17,801 nt of DNA. Origin: Candidatus Pacearchaeota archaeon. GTDB taxonomy: Archaea > Nanobdellota > Nanobdellia > Pacearchaeales > GW2011-AR1. Of this stretch, positions 16,178 through 17,801 are shown in pieces. Each line of letters starts with the position of its first letter. The first letter of the stretch is position 1. The stretch is taken from NCBI GenBank assembly GCA_018303825.1, contig JAGVXK010000003.1:1-17801 (forward strand). The letters run 5' to 3'. A model generated the notes under the pieces. It worked only from the letters and a program-made list of their open reading frames with translations, was not told the origin of the DNA and did not search any database. A program made the position numbers and the translations under genes.

Positions 16178-16215
16178 ATCCCAAGATTTAAAACCCTTCT
16201 ATATTAAAGATAAAG

Positions 16216-16623
16216 ATGGACGAAGAAGTCATATTGAAAGCGCAGATGATTGAACAGCAGTCAAATGAAATAGAGCAGAACCTGCAGTTAATCAATCAGC
16301 AATTAGATGAATTGGACAAATTCAAGGAAACCCTGGAAGACTTTGACAAGAAAAAGAGCAATGAGATGCTCTCTCTTCTAGGAAAAGGGGTTTATGCTAA
16401 AACTGAAACAAAAGAAAAAGACCTTTTTGTCGGAGTCGGGGCAAATATCTTTGTCAAAAAATCTCCTGAAGAAACAATAAAAGTCATAGAATCCCAGCTA
16501 TCAAGATTGAAAGAAGCAAGAATCCAGTTAATGGAAAGAGCAGAAATCTACGCAAATGCCTTTCGTCAGTTAATAGAAGAAATCCAAAAAGAACAAGAAG
16601 CAGAAAAGAAAAACAAGAAATAA
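16216..16623 (+). CDS. pfdA: Prefoldin subunit alpha
   Basis: Coiled coil - beta hairpins (LLGKGVYAK...LFVGVGANIFVKKS.EETI) - coiled coil; 135 aa. Confidence 0.9.
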   Translation: MDEEVILKAQMIEQQSNEIEQNLQLINQQLDELDKFKETLEDFDKKKSNEMLSLLGKGVYAKTETKEKDLFVGVGANIFVKKSPEETIKVIESQLSRLKEARIQLMERAEIYANAFRQLIEEIQKEQEAEKKNKK

Positions 16624-16856
16624 CCGTACATAAAATAACTATCCCTTAGAACAACTTAATATCATTGGACATATGTCGATTCTTTTGCCTAAAATATAGT
16701 GCACGAGATAAATAATTTACTAGGAATAAATTGCCATGATAATATATTTATTTAATTAGATATTTTATCAAAGACAAAATCCAATGTTGCTTAAAGTGAT
16801 AATCGCAATTATGGTTGGAAATTAAAGTCTTTAACTATAATTGACAACTACTCTCT

Positions 16857-17723
16857 TCATCTTTCCTTCTTCAACTCTTCAACTATCCTGGGGGAAATAT
16901 TTATTTTAGCATATTTATTAGGTATTGTATTAGTTGTAATCAACTCGGCATGCTTTCTGATTAATTTATCGGCATTCCCTACAAGAATTCCATGAATGCC
17001 TATGCAAGTTATTTTTCTTCTTGCCCCTTGTTTTTTAGCCATTTTAATAACCCCCACTAATGTCCTACCTGTTGATATGATGTCATCAATAATTATTAAA
17101 TTGCTTTTTTGGAATTTTGCATAATTCTGTCTTATATTCTTGTCTCCAAGTCTTGTCTTTTTCAGAATTATAACCTTTTTCTTCAATCCTTTAGCGATAA
17201 CTCTCGCCCACTGTTTGCTTTCATGGTCGGGGCCAATTATTTCAAAATCTCCCTTAAATTTCTTTTTTATATAATTAACAATTAGATTATTCACTGATAT
17301 GCTTTTTGCCTTTCCTGATAATTGAGAAAGATTATGTATCCTGTGCAAATGGGGGTCAATGGCAATTATCTTGTCAAAATCCCTGAACAACCCGACAACA
17401 TGTTTGCTTGAGAAAGAGTCAAACTTCTTAAAATGCTTGTCCTGCCTCATATATGGGAAATATGTCGCAACAAGGATGGCCTTTTTCGCGCCATAATCTC
17501 TAACAATCCCGCCAGCCAGAACAGTCTCAATTATCTTCTCATCGGGGTCTTTTATCAAACTATTTATTATGACAACTTTCTTATGCCCCGGATTCTTTCT
17601 AAGTTTAAGATTAAATTCTCCATCAGGAAAATCCCTTACATCAATAGTTGTATAATCTGCCTTTAGCGCTTTTGCTACTTTCATGCCTATCCCTTTTACA
17701 TCCGGAAAAGCCGCAATCAACAT
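16857..17723 (-). CDS. prs: Ribose-phosphate pyrophosphokinase (PRPP synthase, archaeal type)
   Basis: RDFPDGE, YFPYMRQDK, IDPHLH, GPD, IIDDIISTGRTL, IHG and TNTI. SD AAGGAGG at 17736-17742 on the minus strand. Confidence 0.9.
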   Translation of the reverse strand: MLIAAFPDVKGIGMKVAKALKADYTTIDVRDFPDGEFNLKLRKNPGHKKVVIINSLIKDPDEKIIETVLAGGIVRDYGAKKAILVATYFPYMRQDKHFKKFDSFSSKHVVGLFRDFDKIIAIDPHLHRIHNLSQLSGKAKSISVNNLIVNYIKKKFKGDFEIIGPDHESKQWARVIAKGLKKKVIILKKTRLGDKNIRQNYAKFQKSNLIIIDDIISTGRTLVGVIKMAKKQGARRKITCIGIHGILVGNADKLIRKHAELITTNTIPNKYAKINISPRIVEELKKER

Positions 17724-17801
17724 ATTTTTAATTAACCTCCTTGTTATTTAAAATGTGTTTCTTTTTATCTTTCCTATGCAACTTAGCTTCTTTGTCATCT
17801 C

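Noticed and set aside
16624-16856. Decayed ORF or ncRNA between the convergent pfdA and prs
   Set aside because: Only fragments of 13 codons or fewer with several stops; no stable structure seen.
17433-17666. 77-aa plus-strand ORF
   Set aside because: Antisense to prs.
1-17801. CRISPR array, transposase, rRNA or alternative genetic code
   Set aside because: No regularly spaced repeats or such genes were seen. TAA, TAG and TGA all terminate well-conserved genes, consistent with the standard code.

Overview
AT-rich archaeal chromosomal window, most consistent with a DPANN (Pacearchaeota/Woesearchaeota-like) genome. This is inferred from BRE/TATA promoters, a BHB-type tRNA intron, secF-secD order, Pop5, prefoldin alpha, a PIN/VapC pair and class III signal-peptide genes. 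Left to right: the 5' 891 codons of a large secreted multi-LamG protein (minus strand, runs off the window and is missing from the ORF track); an HTH + AbiEii/MenT-like nucleotidyltransferase pair behind a perfect 24-bp palindrome; MinD; two hypothetical genes; tRNA-Arg(CCT) and intron-containing tRNA-Gly(TCC); SecF with an ~89-aa membrane insert and SecD with a PDZ-like insert; a YdjM-type membrane hydrolase; a small membrane gene that looks interrupted by a stop; four tandem pilin-like genes; Pop5; vapBC; RNase J; a tail-anchored protein; a HemK-family methyltransferase; prefoldin alpha; and PRPP synthase. No CRISPR array, transposase, integrase or reverse transcriptase is visible. The strongest candidates for something undescribed are the putative autoregulated NTase toxin-antitoxin module, the remodelled SecDF and the pilin-like array. 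All family calls come from motif reading, not database searches.
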